From the NCBI GenBank assembly GCA_002441465.1, contig DJWE01000011.1:3211-67210 (forward strand): a DNA stretch of 64,000 nt, read 5' to 3'. The notes beneath the pieces are model-generated. The model ran no database searches. It saw only the letters and a list, made by a program, of their open reading frames with translations, and had not been told where the DNA came from. A program made the translations under genes and the position numbers. The stretch is from Propionibacteriaceae bacterium UBA6238. GTDB lineage: Bacteria; Actinomycetota; Actinomycetes; Propionibacteriales; Propionibacteriaceae. Position 1 is the stretch's first letter. Every line of letters starts with the position of its first letter. Positions 46,162 to 54,908 of the stretch are shown one piece after another.

Positions 46162-47550
46162 ATGACCCGCAAGTTTGACCCTGCCGACGTGGGCTGGCGC
46201 ATCGGGAAGGCCCACGAGCCCCGCGGCGGTGACCTGTGGTGCCCGTGGGACCGCACGACCGGCGTCATCGGTCCGCAGGGCTCCGGCAAGACCCTGGACC
46301 TGCTCACACCCGCCCTGCTCGGTGCGCCCGGCGCTGCACTGGTCACCCTCACCAAGGTTGAAGACCTGCTGCTCACCATCGAAGCCCGCTCCGCCGGTGG
46401 ACGTCCCTGCGCCGTGCTCGACCCGTTCGGGCTTGCCGAAGGACTGCCCGAGCTGGTGTGGGACCCGGTCCGTGGTTGCGAGGACCCGATCACCGCCGAA
46501 CGGCGCGCGAAGGCCTTCGGCGCCGGGATCGTCCGGACGATCTCCGGCAACTCTGAAGGCGCCGCGTCCCGGTTCTACGTGGCCGAGGCCGCCAAGGTGC
46601 TGCAGTGCTACCTGCACGCCGCCGCCCTCACCGGCCAGAACCTCGACGCCGTCCTGCGCTGGGCAGCCAACCCGACCGCCACCAACGAACCCGCCGAGAT
46701 CCTCCTCGACCAGGACCGTGCCGCGCCCTTCTGGCACGGCCTGCTGCAGGGCGCCGTCACCGGCGACGAACGCACGGTGGCGAACATGGTGGTCACCCTG
46801 CAACAGACCCTGGCCCTGTTCTTCCAACCCGGCATCCGCCGCCGCTGCGTCCCCGGCCCCGGACGCCCCGCCACCGACATAGCCGACATCATCGCCCGGG
46901 GCGGAACGCTGTACCTGCTCGGACGCGAAGACCCCTACGCATCCGCGTCCCCGCTGATGACCGCGCTCGCCGAACACATCCTCGACACCGCGCTCGGGCT
47001 CGCCAACCACAGTCCGTGGGGCAAGCTGTGCCCACCCCTGCTCGCCTGCCTCGACGAGTTGCCGTCCACCGCACCACTGCCGACCCTGCGCACCCGGATG
47101 GCCAACGAAAGGGCTCTGGGCATCTCGTTCATCTACGCCGCCCAGACTTGGCGGCAACTGGCAGCGATCTTCGGCGACACCGAGGCCCGCGCTCTCTACG
47201 GGCTCACCAACGTCGTCGTCGTTTTCGGCGGTGGCAAGGACGTCGGCTTCAACAAGGAGATCTCCGACCTCGTCGGCACCACCCGCGTGGCCCGCACCAC
47301 CTGGCAGTTCGGGCGCAGCGGAGGCCGCTCCGCCTCCGGCGACGACATGCTGATCATCCGGCCGGAGGAGGTGCGCCAACTCCCCGAACGGCAGGCGCTC
47401 GTGATCGCCGAGAACACCAAGCCGATCATTGCCAGACTCACCCGCTCCATCGACGGCAAGACCGGACGCCACCTGCTCGCCCAGCAGCGGACGGCCCGCC
47501 GCCGACTCGTCGACGCGCAGGCTCTCAAGCCCGCTGGAGATGCACCATGA
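46162..47550 (+). CDS. TraD/VirD4-like type IV coupling protein, soluble ATPase portion
   Basis: GPQGSGKT, WDPVRGC, LDELPS, AQTWRQL; no TM helices. Confidence 0.85.
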   Translation: MTRKFDPADVGWRIGKAHEPRGGDLWCPWDRTTGVIGPQGSGKTLDLLTPALLGAPGAALVTLTKVEDLLLTIEARSAGGRPCAVLDPFGLAEGLPELVWDPVRGCEDPITAERRAKAFGAGIVRTISGNSEGAASRFYVAEAAKVLQCYLHAAALTGQNLDAVLRWAANPTATNEPAEILLDQDRAAPFWHGLLQGAVTGDERTVANMVVTLQQTLALFFQPGIRRRCVPGPGRPATDIADIIARGGTLYLLGREDPYASASPLMTALAEHILDTALGLANHSPWGKLCPPLLACLDELPSTAPLPTLRTRMANERALGISFIYAAQTWRQLAAIFGDTEARALYGLTNVVVVFGGGKDVGFNKEISDLVGTTRVARTTWQFGRSGGRSASGDDMLIIRPEEVRQLPERQALVIAENTKPIIARLTRSIDGKTGRHLLAQQRTARRRLVDAQALKPAGDAP

Positions 47551-48173
47551 CCGACCGACCACTCGCCCTGCCGTTCCCCCTGCCGGACGGACCCGAACTC
47601 AGCGCCGCGTACAAGGACCTGTACCTTGCCGCGGAAGGCGACGACGAAACCAAGGAGCGGATCGGCGACCCCGCGCTTCTGCCCCGCCCCTGGGACCCAC
47701 CCACCTGCCGCAAGCGGCAACTCCGCCAAGAACTGTGGGAGTGGCTCGATGACGTCGTCACCTGGTTCAACACCGAGTACGTGTGGGACCCAACCGCCGG
47801 CATGATCCCGCCCTGCTGGCCCCAACACCCCCACCTGGTCCATGAGATCGCCGTGCTTGCCGACCAACGCCGCCGCGCCGGTATCGACACGAGCAGTAAC
47901 GGCCTCGAGGAGTGGCACCGCTATGCCGTCCCCGCCTTCCTCGATCGACTGAAGGAGCGCACAGGCCACCACTGTGACGAGCACCACCAGTCCTGGCCCG
48001 CCAGGAGCCGCTACGCGCGGCACATCTCGGAATCGGCAGCCACGGAGCGTCGCCAGGTGCTCCACCCCGATGGCGGAGCCGCCCGCCAAGACCCCCACGC
48101 CCGCCAGAGGCAGTGGCGGCTGGAGGACGAATCGGGCAACACCATCGACCCTGCGACCGGCGAGATAGCCTGA
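47547..48173 (+). CDS. Conserved ICE hypothetical protein (DUF4913-like)
   Basis: ATG 47547 overlaps the upstream stop; LWEWLDDVVTWF...IPPCWPQHP...EEWH. Confidence 0.6.
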   Translation: MTDRPLALPFPLPDGPELSAAYKDLYLAAEGDDETKERIGDPALLPRPWDPPTCRKRQLRQELWEWLDDVVTWFNTEYVWDPTAGMIPPCWPQHPHLVHEIAVLADQRRRAGIDTSSNGLEEWHRYAVPAFLDRLKERTGHHCDEHHQSWPARSRYARHISESAATERRQVLHPDGGAARQDPHARQRQWRLEDESGNTIDPATGEIA

Positions 48174-48186
48174 CTTGGTCAAGTCA

Positions 48187-48214
48187 TTGTCCACAGGGTT
48201 CCCGGTCATCCACA
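48187..48214 (+). promoter_or_regulatory. Pair of DnaA-box-like 9-mers
   Basis: TTGTCCACA (48187) and TCATCCACA (48206), 19-bp period. Confidence 0.45.
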
Positions 48215-48265
48215 GGCTGTCGTCAACCCGCCGTTGGTCGTCGAGTCCATGGCTACGCTCGCATC

Positions 48266-48571
48266 ATGAGCTTCAACCAGGAACGGTTCGTCTCGCTGGT
48301 CCGCGAGCTGTTCGAGCAGCCCTTTGAGCAGGTCGTGAACAACGACCTCCCGCTCGAGGAGCCCGTGGACGTGAACTGGACAGACGACAGCGGGGCGGCC
48401 TACCGGCTTCGTCTGTACGTGCAGGCCGGTTCGGTGCTCGCTGTCAGCCAGACCGCCCCCGCGGTTGGGCTTCCGTGGGAGCACGAGAAGCGAGTTCTCG
48501 TGCTCGGCGACTATGCGGTGCGGATCGCCAGCGAACTCGACGCAGTCATTGCATCGGCGCGCGAGCAGTGA
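48266..48571 (+). CDS. Hypothetical protein
   Basis: ATG 48266 (MSFNQERF); natural-looking composition; 9 bp upstream of the next ORF. Confidence 0.55.
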   Translation: MSFNQERFVSLVRELFEQPFEQVVNNDLPLEEPVDVNWTDDSGAAYRLRLYVQAGSVLAVSQTAPAVGLPWEHEKRVLVLGDYAVRIASELDAVIASAREQ

Positions 48572-48580
48572 GGAGCAGCG

Positions 48581-48955
48581 ATGCCGACAGCCCGTGAACG
48601 AGGACGCCTACGCCACCTTGCGGTAGTCGGTGAGGGTGTGCCCGTGTGCCTCGACTCCTCCCAAGAGAACATGGTCGTAGCGTTGGCGCTCAACGCGCAC
48701 CACATCCTCGGCGGTGCGTGGAACGGATGGGCAAAGCCCGTCGCTACTGCGGACGACTTCGCTGACTTCATCGCGCGCTGGAGTATCAACGATCCGCACG
48801 GCACGTGGGGTGAAGCACGCGAGACGCCGGACGGCCTGCGGTACGAAGACACGGAGGGAAGCGATCCAGAGACGTTCCCGAAGATCGCGGTCTCCGAGGA
48901 TGGTCGAGCGCTCTACGACCTCACAGGCTGGGTGTGGGTTCCCATCCAGCAGTGA
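48581..48955 (+). CDS. Hypothetical protein
   Basis: GAGGAG upstream; WNGWAKP...YDLTGWVW. Confidence 0.55.
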   Translation: MPTARERGRLRHLAVVGEGVPVCLDSSQENMVVALALNAHHILGGAWNGWAKPVATADDFADFIARWSINDPHGTWGEARETPDGLRYEDTEGSDPETFPKIAVSEDGRALYDLTGWVWVPIQQ

Positions 48956-48997
48956 TCGGAGGTGAACCGCGGTATGAAGAGTCCGATGCCGAGCTTG

Positions 48998-49480
48998 TCA
49001 ATTGCCGGCTCCGGCTGCGGAGGCGAGTGCCTCGACGGCGCGTCCCATCGCATCGTCAACAGCCACGTGCTCCCAGATCCGAAGGACGAGCCAGTCGTGG
49101 CTCCTGAGGAGGCGTTCGTTGCGTGCGTCTCTCTCCTGGGTCCGCTGGAGCTTGGGCAACCAGTACCAGTCGTTGACCTTGGGCGCCCTGCCGTGTTCGG
49201 GGCAGGCATGCCAGAAGCAGCCGTCCACAAAGATCGCAACGCGCTGCTTTGTGAAGACGATGTCCGGGCGGATTGTGACCCCATCGATCTTGACAGGAAG
49301 ATCCCTCCGGAAGCGGTACCCAGCACGGTGCAGCGCCGATGCCAGGGCGACCTCAGGCTTCGTGTTTCGCCTGCGTATGGCGCGCATGTTGGCGCTGCGG
49401 CCCTCGCTGGCGGGCGCCGGGTGCAGTCCGCTGCTGTGCGCCCTACGGCGCCGCTCGTCGTCCTGGCCGGAACTGCTCAA
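48998..49480 (-). CDS. vsr: Very-short-patch repair endonuclease
   Basis: RSANMRAIRRRNTKPE, PDIVF, IFVDGCFWHACPEH, VLRIWEH. Confidence 0.93.
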   Translation of the reverse strand: MSSSGQDDERRRRAHSSGLHPAPASEGRSANMRAIRRRNTKPEVALASALHRAGYRFRRDLPVKIDGVTIRPDIVFTKQRVAIFVDGCFWHACPEHGRAPKVNDWYWLPKLQRTQERDARNERLLRSHDWLVLRIWEHVAVDDAMGRAVEALASAAGAGN

Positions 49481-49540
49481 GCCTCCACCCTTCTCGGCGC
49501 GCCTTCCCCTATCCTAGGCCGGTACTGTGGCAGCATGCTG

Positions 49541-49556
49541 TCGAACAGATGTTCGA
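49541..49556. promoter_or_regulatory. Perfect actinobacterial LexA (SOS) box
   Basis: TCGAAC-AGAT-GTTCGA in the divergent vsr/methyltransferase intergenic region, 22 bp upstream of the MTase ATG. Confidence 0.75.
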
Positions 49557-49578
49557 TAGCCGGGACTCAGGGGTAACG

Positions 49579-50568
49579 ATGGATGAGCTAACGTGCGTTG
49601 AGATTTGCGCGGGCGCCGGCGGCCAGTCAGTCGGCCTCGAAAAGGCGGGATTTCATCACCTCGTTGCTCTCGAGATCGATCCTGATGCATGCGAGACCCT
49701 TCGGCTCAACCGCCCCGACTGGCATGTCGTCGAGATGGATGTGCACCACTACGACGGCCTTCCGCTTCGCGGCCAGGTGGACCTCGTTGCTGGCGGCGTG
49801 CCCTGCCCTCCTTTCTCCATCGCTGGCAAGCAACTGGGTGCAGATGACGAGCGAGATCTCTTCCCGCAGGCCCTCCGGCTGGTCGAGGAAATCGAGCCTG
49901 ATGCGGTCATGCTCGAGAACGTCCGGGGCCTTGCGACCGCACGTTTCGCCGGATACCGGCAACAAATCCGAGATCGGCTCGAAGAACTGGGCTACAAGAC
50001 CGAGTGGCAGGTTCTGAACTCCAGCGAGTATGGCGTTCCGCAGCTCCGCCCCCGGTTCATCCTCGTCGCGCTGCGCCCGGAAGCACACAAGCACTTCGAA
50101 TGGCCGTCGCCCCAAGGCACTCCGCCAACGGTGGGCGAGGTCCTAGGCGACGCGATGGCAGCTGACGGCTGGCCCGGTGCTGCAGCGTGGACGGCAAAGG
50201 CGGATGGCATCGCGCCAACGCTCGTCGGGGGCTCGCGGAAGCATGGCGGGCCGGACCTCGGCCCGACTCGCGCACGAGAGGGGTGGGCGAGGCTCGGAGT
50301 CAACGGAAAGGGTCTGGCGGACGAGGCGCCATCGGCACACGATCCGGTCGACTTGGAACCCAAGCTGACGGTGCCCATGGCGGCCGCCATTCAGGGGTTT
50401 GACCCCGACTGGAAGTTCTTCGGGCGGAAGACGGCCAGCTACCGGCAGGTCGGGAACGCGTTCCCGCCACCTGTGGCTGAGGCCGTCGGGAAGCAGATCA
50501 AAGCGGCGCTGGCGGCTGCCCGCGCAGAGTCTGCTACGTCTGCTGCTCACCTTCGTCTGGTTGGGTGA
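49579..50568 (+). CDS. DNA cytosine-C5 methyltransferase (M.NaeI-like)
   Basis: ATG 49579; EICAGAGG, GGVPCPPFS, LENVRG, PQLRPR, YRQVGNAFPP. Confidence 0.93.
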   Translation: MDELTCVEICAGAGGQSVGLEKAGFHHLVALEIDPDACETLRLNRPDWHVVEMDVHHYDGLPLRGQVDLVAGGVPCPPFSIAGKQLGADDERDLFPQALRLVEEIEPDAVMLENVRGLATARFAGYRQQIRDRLEELGYKTEWQVLNSSEYGVPQLRPRFILVALRPEAHKHFEWPSPQGTPPTVGEVLGDAMAADGWPGAAAWTAKADGIAPTLVGGSRKHGGPDLGPTRAREGWARLGVNGKGLADEAPSAHDPVDLEPKLTVPMAAAIQGFDPDWKFFGRKTASYRQVGNAFPPPVAEAVGKQIKAALAAARAESATSAAHLRLVG

Positions 50569-51412
50569 GCTTCGTCTTCGCCTGGCGGCGCCGCTTCTCC
50601 TCAGTCACAATCGCGGCACGGATGTTCTCCGGCCATGGCGCGGACATGGTGAGGCGGTAGTAAGTCCAGACCCGGGCACCCTCGTCGTAACGCTTCTGGA
50701 ACTCGTAGTCCCAGCCGAGGAACCGTAGGTCCCGGAGCCTGCGCTGCCAGTCCTCCTGGTACTCCTTGGCGCTGGCGACGACAGCCAAAAGGTCGGTGCG
50801 CACCCAGTCTCCGTCGAAGGCCCTAAGGAGTTCGCCGATCCGCTTCTGGGGCTCGTCATAGTTGATCGCGAGTCGGATCTTGTCGGCATATGGGTCATAG
50901 GTCTGGAAGTAGTCGCGTTTGCCCGCGTTGCACTCCTCGCAAAGCGGCTGGAGGTTCTCGGGTTCGTTCGAGCCACCCCATGCTTGCGGGACCTTGTGGT
51001 CGACGACGAGCTTCACGCCATCGCTGAGTGGGGTCTTGCCACACATCGCGCACCGCCCTGGCGCGAGTACCTGGGCGCGCCGTCGCTGACTGATGCCCTC
51101 GCTCAGGTCCACCGCAACCCCGGGGGCCCAGCCCTTCAGGTGATACCGGAAATCAGCCCGGACGCGGACTGCTTCGACCTCGAAGTAGCGCCGAAGTTCA
51201 CGCAGTCGACGGTCTGTCTGCGAGTGGTCCTCGCCGAAGACATCAGCGGCGAAGGCCCGCAGCTCGACCATGGTTGGCGGGTTGGTGCGCCTTCGGTAGA
51301 GCAGCCCGTAGAGCAACCGCTGCATCTCGGAACCGACCAATGAGGCGAGTTCCTCGCTCTCCGGTTCGGGAAGGTCGCCGTGTACCGAGTGCGGGCCGGG
51401 GCCGTCGTTCAT
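50534..51412 (-). CDS. HNH endonuclease flanked by HTH-like segments
   Basis: ATG 51412; CAMCG...VDHKVPQAWGG...NLQPLCEECNAGK; RRLRELR and RRLRDLR on either side. Confidence 0.85.
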   Translation of the reverse strand: MNDGPGPHSVHGDLPEPESEELASLVGSEMQRLLYGLLYRRRTNPPTMVELRAFAADVFGEDHSQTDRRLRELRRYFEVEAVRVRADFRYHLKGWAPGVAVDLSEGISQRRRAQVLAPGRCAMCGKTPLSDGVKLVVDHKVPQAWGGSNEPENLQPLCEECNAGKRDYFQTYDPYADKIRLAINYDEPQKRIGELLRAFDGDWVRTDLLAVVASAKEYQEDWQRRLRDLRFLGWDYEFQKRYDEGARVWTYYRLTMSAPWPENIRAAIVTEEKRRRQAKTKLTQPDEGEQQT

Positions 51413-52374
51413 GGGGACCTCCTTGCACGGCGAGTCTCGGGGAGCATCGGTGCTGGAGCCGTAACCGGTTCGCCTGGGTCTGCGCGCCGCCACACCTGCC
51501 CATCCAGTGCAACCGTATCGACTTCTCCGGCCCGGGCAGGCACAACACGGAGGCTTACGATCTCACCCGGCTCGGGAACCGCGGCGCCCAGACTGCGGGC
51601 AACTGACCGGTGAGCCTCGTAGTCGCCGCCTGGGATGATGTACCCCTCCGAAGCGAGCAGGCTTCGGGCTCCGCCGTTGTAGCGGACGCGCTTCATGTAG
51701 TCGTCCTGCTGAGCGACCGTCGCGATCGTGTTGCGGCCGATCCGGCGGTTGGTGACCACCCTGCAGAGCTCATTGATGCGAGCTTGGCCGGTTGTCGGCG
51801 CCATGATCCGGTCCACTTCGGTTTGTGGGAGTGAGAGCAGCACGTTGGGTGCCAGTGGGGCGTGGTGGGAGATCCACTGAATGTCGGCCCGGCCGCTCCG
51901 GCTGAGTTGCGTCTTCTGGTCGCGATTGGAACTGAGCCTGAGGTTGGCGGGGTCAGCCCGGACGATGCCGACGCTCCACCAGCCCTCGGCGTCGTTCGCA
52001 TGGGTCACGAGGAGGAGCCGCCCAAGGGCTTCGGGCGGGATCATCCATCCTCCATCGGATTGCGAGTACTTGCAGTCGATCTCCTCGCCGTCGATCCGGT
52101 AGTCGAGAACCTGGCCGTCCGTGATGATGTCGGCGAGCTCACGGCGCAGGTTGATCTCCAGTAGAGTCCCGAAATGGGTCTTCTCGGTCTTGTAGAGCTG
52201 GTCCCAGCGGAACCGGCCGGTGTGAACGCCGTCGTATAGCTGGTCGAACGTTGCGCGAAAGACCTCAGCGACGCGCACTCCCGACGGATCGGCCCGCTTC
52301 CAGGCTTGGAGCACGCGATCCAAGGCGTCATCGCCAGCCGTCAGGCCGTCGGAGCTGAAGAGGTCGCCGCCCAT
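51409..52374 (-). CDS. NaeI-family type II restriction endonuclease
   Basis: FDQLYDG.HTGRF.W.QL.KTEKTHFG, IDCKYS, WMIPPE, NRDQK, QQDDYMKRVR.NGGAR. Confidence 0.88.
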   Translation of the reverse strand: MGGDLFSSDGLTAGDDALDRVLQAWKRADPSGVRVAEVFRATFDQLYDGVHTGRFRWDQLYKTEKTHFGTLLEINLRRELADIITDGQVLDYRIDGEEIDCKYSQSDGGWMIPPEALGRLLLVTHANDAEGWWSVGIVRADPANLRLSSNRDQKTQLSRSGRADIQWISHHAPLAPNVLLSLPQTEVDRIMAPTTGQARINELCRVVTNRRIGRNTIATVAQQDDYMKRVRYNGGARSLLASEGYIIPGGDYEAHRSVARSLGAAVPEPGEIVSLRVVPARAGEVDTVALDGQVWRRADPGEPVTAPAPMLPETRRARRSP

Positions 52375-52469
52375 GGCTGGACTCTACTGACTGGACTCGG
52401 AGGCTGGGCGTCCAGTCGGAAGCGGGAGTGGCGATCTCCGCGATCGACGACACCTGGCAGGATGATGCC

Positions 52470-53814
52470 ATGCCTGAGGAGAGGGTGCCCTTCGCGGAGC
52501 TTGCGACCGCGGATCTCGTGCTCGACCGCGTCTACGAGGGCGGCAAACTAGGGCATGCCAGGCGACGACGCGATCGGCAAGCTGCTGCCTGTCGGCAATC
52601 AGGGCGGATTCAGGTTCAAAGGCAGCGTTACCCAGGGGACCGTGAGAATCGTGGTGCTTTACACGTCTGGCGCCGAGGTCGACTGGCCGGATCGGATCGA
52701 ACCGACGACCGGCGACTTCACCTACTACGGCGACAACCGAAGGCCCGGCAAGGATCTTCACCAGACACCTCGTGGCGGCAACGAGCTGCTGCGCAGGATC
52801 TTCGCTGCATCGCGTGCTGGCGCTGTTGAGCGGCGGTCGGTTCCGCCGGTGCTCCTGTTTGAACGGGTAAGTGGCCGTGACGTCCGCTTCCGCGGTCTGC
52901 TCGCGCGCGGCTCAGACCGACTGAACGGTGACGAGGAACTGGTCGCCATCTGGCGCACCACACGTGACCTCCGCTTCCAGAACTACCGGTCGCACTTCAC
53001 CGTCTTGAAGACGCCCCAGGTAACACGGGTCTGGCTCGAGCAGATTCTCGCCGGCGACCCGCTCGGCTACGCCTGTCCGCCCGAGTGGCGCCGATGGGTG
53101 AGGAGCCGCATCTACCAGGCCCTGGTCGCGCCCCGGAACACCATAATCCGGGCCAAGGAGGAACAGCTTCCCAAGCCCGAGGACATGGACCTCGTGCGCG
53201 CGGTTCACAAGCACTTCGCGGCGGATTCCGTCGGGTTCGAGAGCTTCGCCGCCGAGATGTGGGTGCAGTCCGATCCTCACGTCGCCTCGATCGAGGTGAC
53301 CCGTCCCAGCAAGGACGGTGGGCGAGACGCGGTTGGTGAGTACCGGCTCGGCCCGGAGGAGGACCCGGTTCGCTTGCAGTTCGCCTTGGAGGCCAAGTGC
53401 TATGACCCGGACGGCGGTGGCGTCGGCATGAAGCAGGTCATGCGGCTGATCTCGGGTATTCGGCACAGGCAGTTCGGCGTGTTCGTAACGACAGCCTTCA
53501 TCCACAAGCAGGCATACGAGGAGGTACGTGAGGATGAGCACCCAGTGGTCTTTCTGGCGGGCCGCGACATCGCGAAACTTCTCAGGCGGATGGGTCTGAC
53601 CGACGCCCAGACGGTGAGCGAATACCTGATCGAGAAGTTTCCGGTTAGCGAGTCCAATGGCCACGCACCGGTCGATATCGCCGTGCCGGACTCTGCGCTG
53701 GTGGTTGAGGTGCCGGAGGACCTAGAGGTAGAGGCTCCAGGCCGCACGAATGGAGAACCGATCGCGGCCCAGTCTAGGGGCGCTGATTCTCATGCCCGGC
53801 ACACCGGCGCTTGA
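52470..53814 (+). pseudogene. AspBHI/MspJI-like 5mC-dependent restriction endonuclease with an early one-base frameshift
   Basis: ADLVLDRVYEGGKLGHA (frame of 52470) continues as GDDAIGKLLPVGNQGGFR in another frame after about 52560. Downstream are WPD, YYGDNR, FQNYR (SRA-like) and DGGRDA, EAKCY (Mrr-cat). Confidence 0.75.
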
Positions 53815-54908
53815 GCCGCGTCCTGAGGCGAAGCGCCCAGACAACCGTGGAGGCGCTTCGATTGTGCCGTAGCCGCCCGTTTGCAGGAGCCGGTCGCGTC
53901 GTTCAGCGACGGGAGTCCTAAGTCCTGGAACTGCAGTGCGCTGGTGCGGATCCACCGCCAGCGTGCCTTCAGATCCTCCGACTCCGGTGCGAAATGGCCG
54001 AGCCGGACGAGCCTGACGTGTCGGCCGCGGGCTTCCTCCTGGAAGATCGCCGAAGGAACCTTGGTCACCCATTCCTCTCGTTCTGCATGTCTCACGAGTA
54101 TTGCGGTTAGCCCGTTTGACGAGGCTTCAGTGTCCACGACCTCGCCTTCAAGTCCGTCTGGCTCGTCCCACGCCGCCGCTGCTCTCCAGTGAGGTTCACA
54201 CCGGAATCGGCGATCGCAAAACCGGCAGACCTCGTGATCTGGGAAGGTGGCGTCGCGGTCACGCGCTCGTGCGTCAGCGACCAAGCCCAAAGCTGACTTG
54301 ACCGACTCTTCGGTGACAGGAGCCGGGCGCAGACCGCGCTCCAGGCTGAAGACGTCGGTGCGATCCGGGAACATCCCGTGGTTCACAAGCACAAGGTGGG
54401 CGTAGATGTTGAGCTGAAAGGTGATCGATTCAGGAATGGAACCGGGACCAAGATGCTCGGTCTTGAGATCTAGCAGGATCGGCCTGTCCCCCAAGAGCAA
54501 CAGGTCGGGAATCCCCCAGAGCTTTAGCTCTCGATCGTAGAGCTCGTTTTCGGAGATCACTTGGCTGACCGTCCGTGAGCTGACCACATCCGCCAGCTTT
54601 CGAGCTTTGACGCGTAGGCGGCTACGAGTCTCTTGCCAATCGCGCGGTGCAGGGTAGCCAGAGTCGGTAACGCAGGAGTCGGCGATTGTGACGAGTCGCG
54701 CGCCGGGGTCAGCTTCCCTGTAAGACTCGTCTTTGATCCAGGACTCGACCGCGCGATGGACGAGCGTTCCCCGGTTAGGGCGCCCATGCTCAGTCGGCGC
54801 CCGCGGAGTAATACTCACGCTAGGGGGCGCCGATGCCGGGCATCGAATCATGCGCCACGAGCTCGTCGCGGACAACCACCCACTGTCCTGCTCTGGTGAT
54901 GCGCTCAC
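53790..54908 (-). CDS. PD-(D/E)XK nuclease, Cas4/AddB-like with Fe-S cysteines
   Basis: LSAT...CP, GTLVH, GIPDLL, LDLKT, QLNIYA, CRFCDRRFRC; GTGA overlap with the helicase stop. Confidence 0.85.
   Translation of the reverse strand: MSASPEQDSGWLSATSSWRMIRCPASAPPSVSITPRAPTEHGRPNRGTLVHRAVESWIKDESYREADPGARLVTIADSCVTDSGYPAPRDWQETRSRLRVKARKLADVVSSRTVSQVISENELYDRELKLWGIPDLLLLGDRPILLDLKTEHLGPGSIPESITFQLNIYAHLVLVNHGMFPDRTDVFSLERGLRPAPVTEESVKSALGLVADARARDRDATFPDHEVCRFCDRRFRCEPHWRAAAAWDEPDGLEGEVVDTEASSNGLTAILVRHAEREEWVTKVPSAIFQEEARGRHVRLVRLGHFAPESEDLKARWRWIRTSALQFQDLGLPSLNDATGSCKRAATAQSKRLHGCLGASPQDAAQAPVCRA

Larger units (their letters stand above)
19366..48214. mobile_element. Actinobacterial ICE backbone (int/att/xis, Tad cluster, T4SS cluster); the element extends beyond this span
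   Basis: Integrase, tRNA-fragment att, excisionase, VirB4-like, VirB6-like, T4CP and peptidoglycan hydrolase genes occur together. Confidence 0.85.

Noticed and set aside
53790..54908. CRISPR-associated cas4
   Set aside because: No cas1/cas2 or array in the window; the gene is coupled to the helicase operon.
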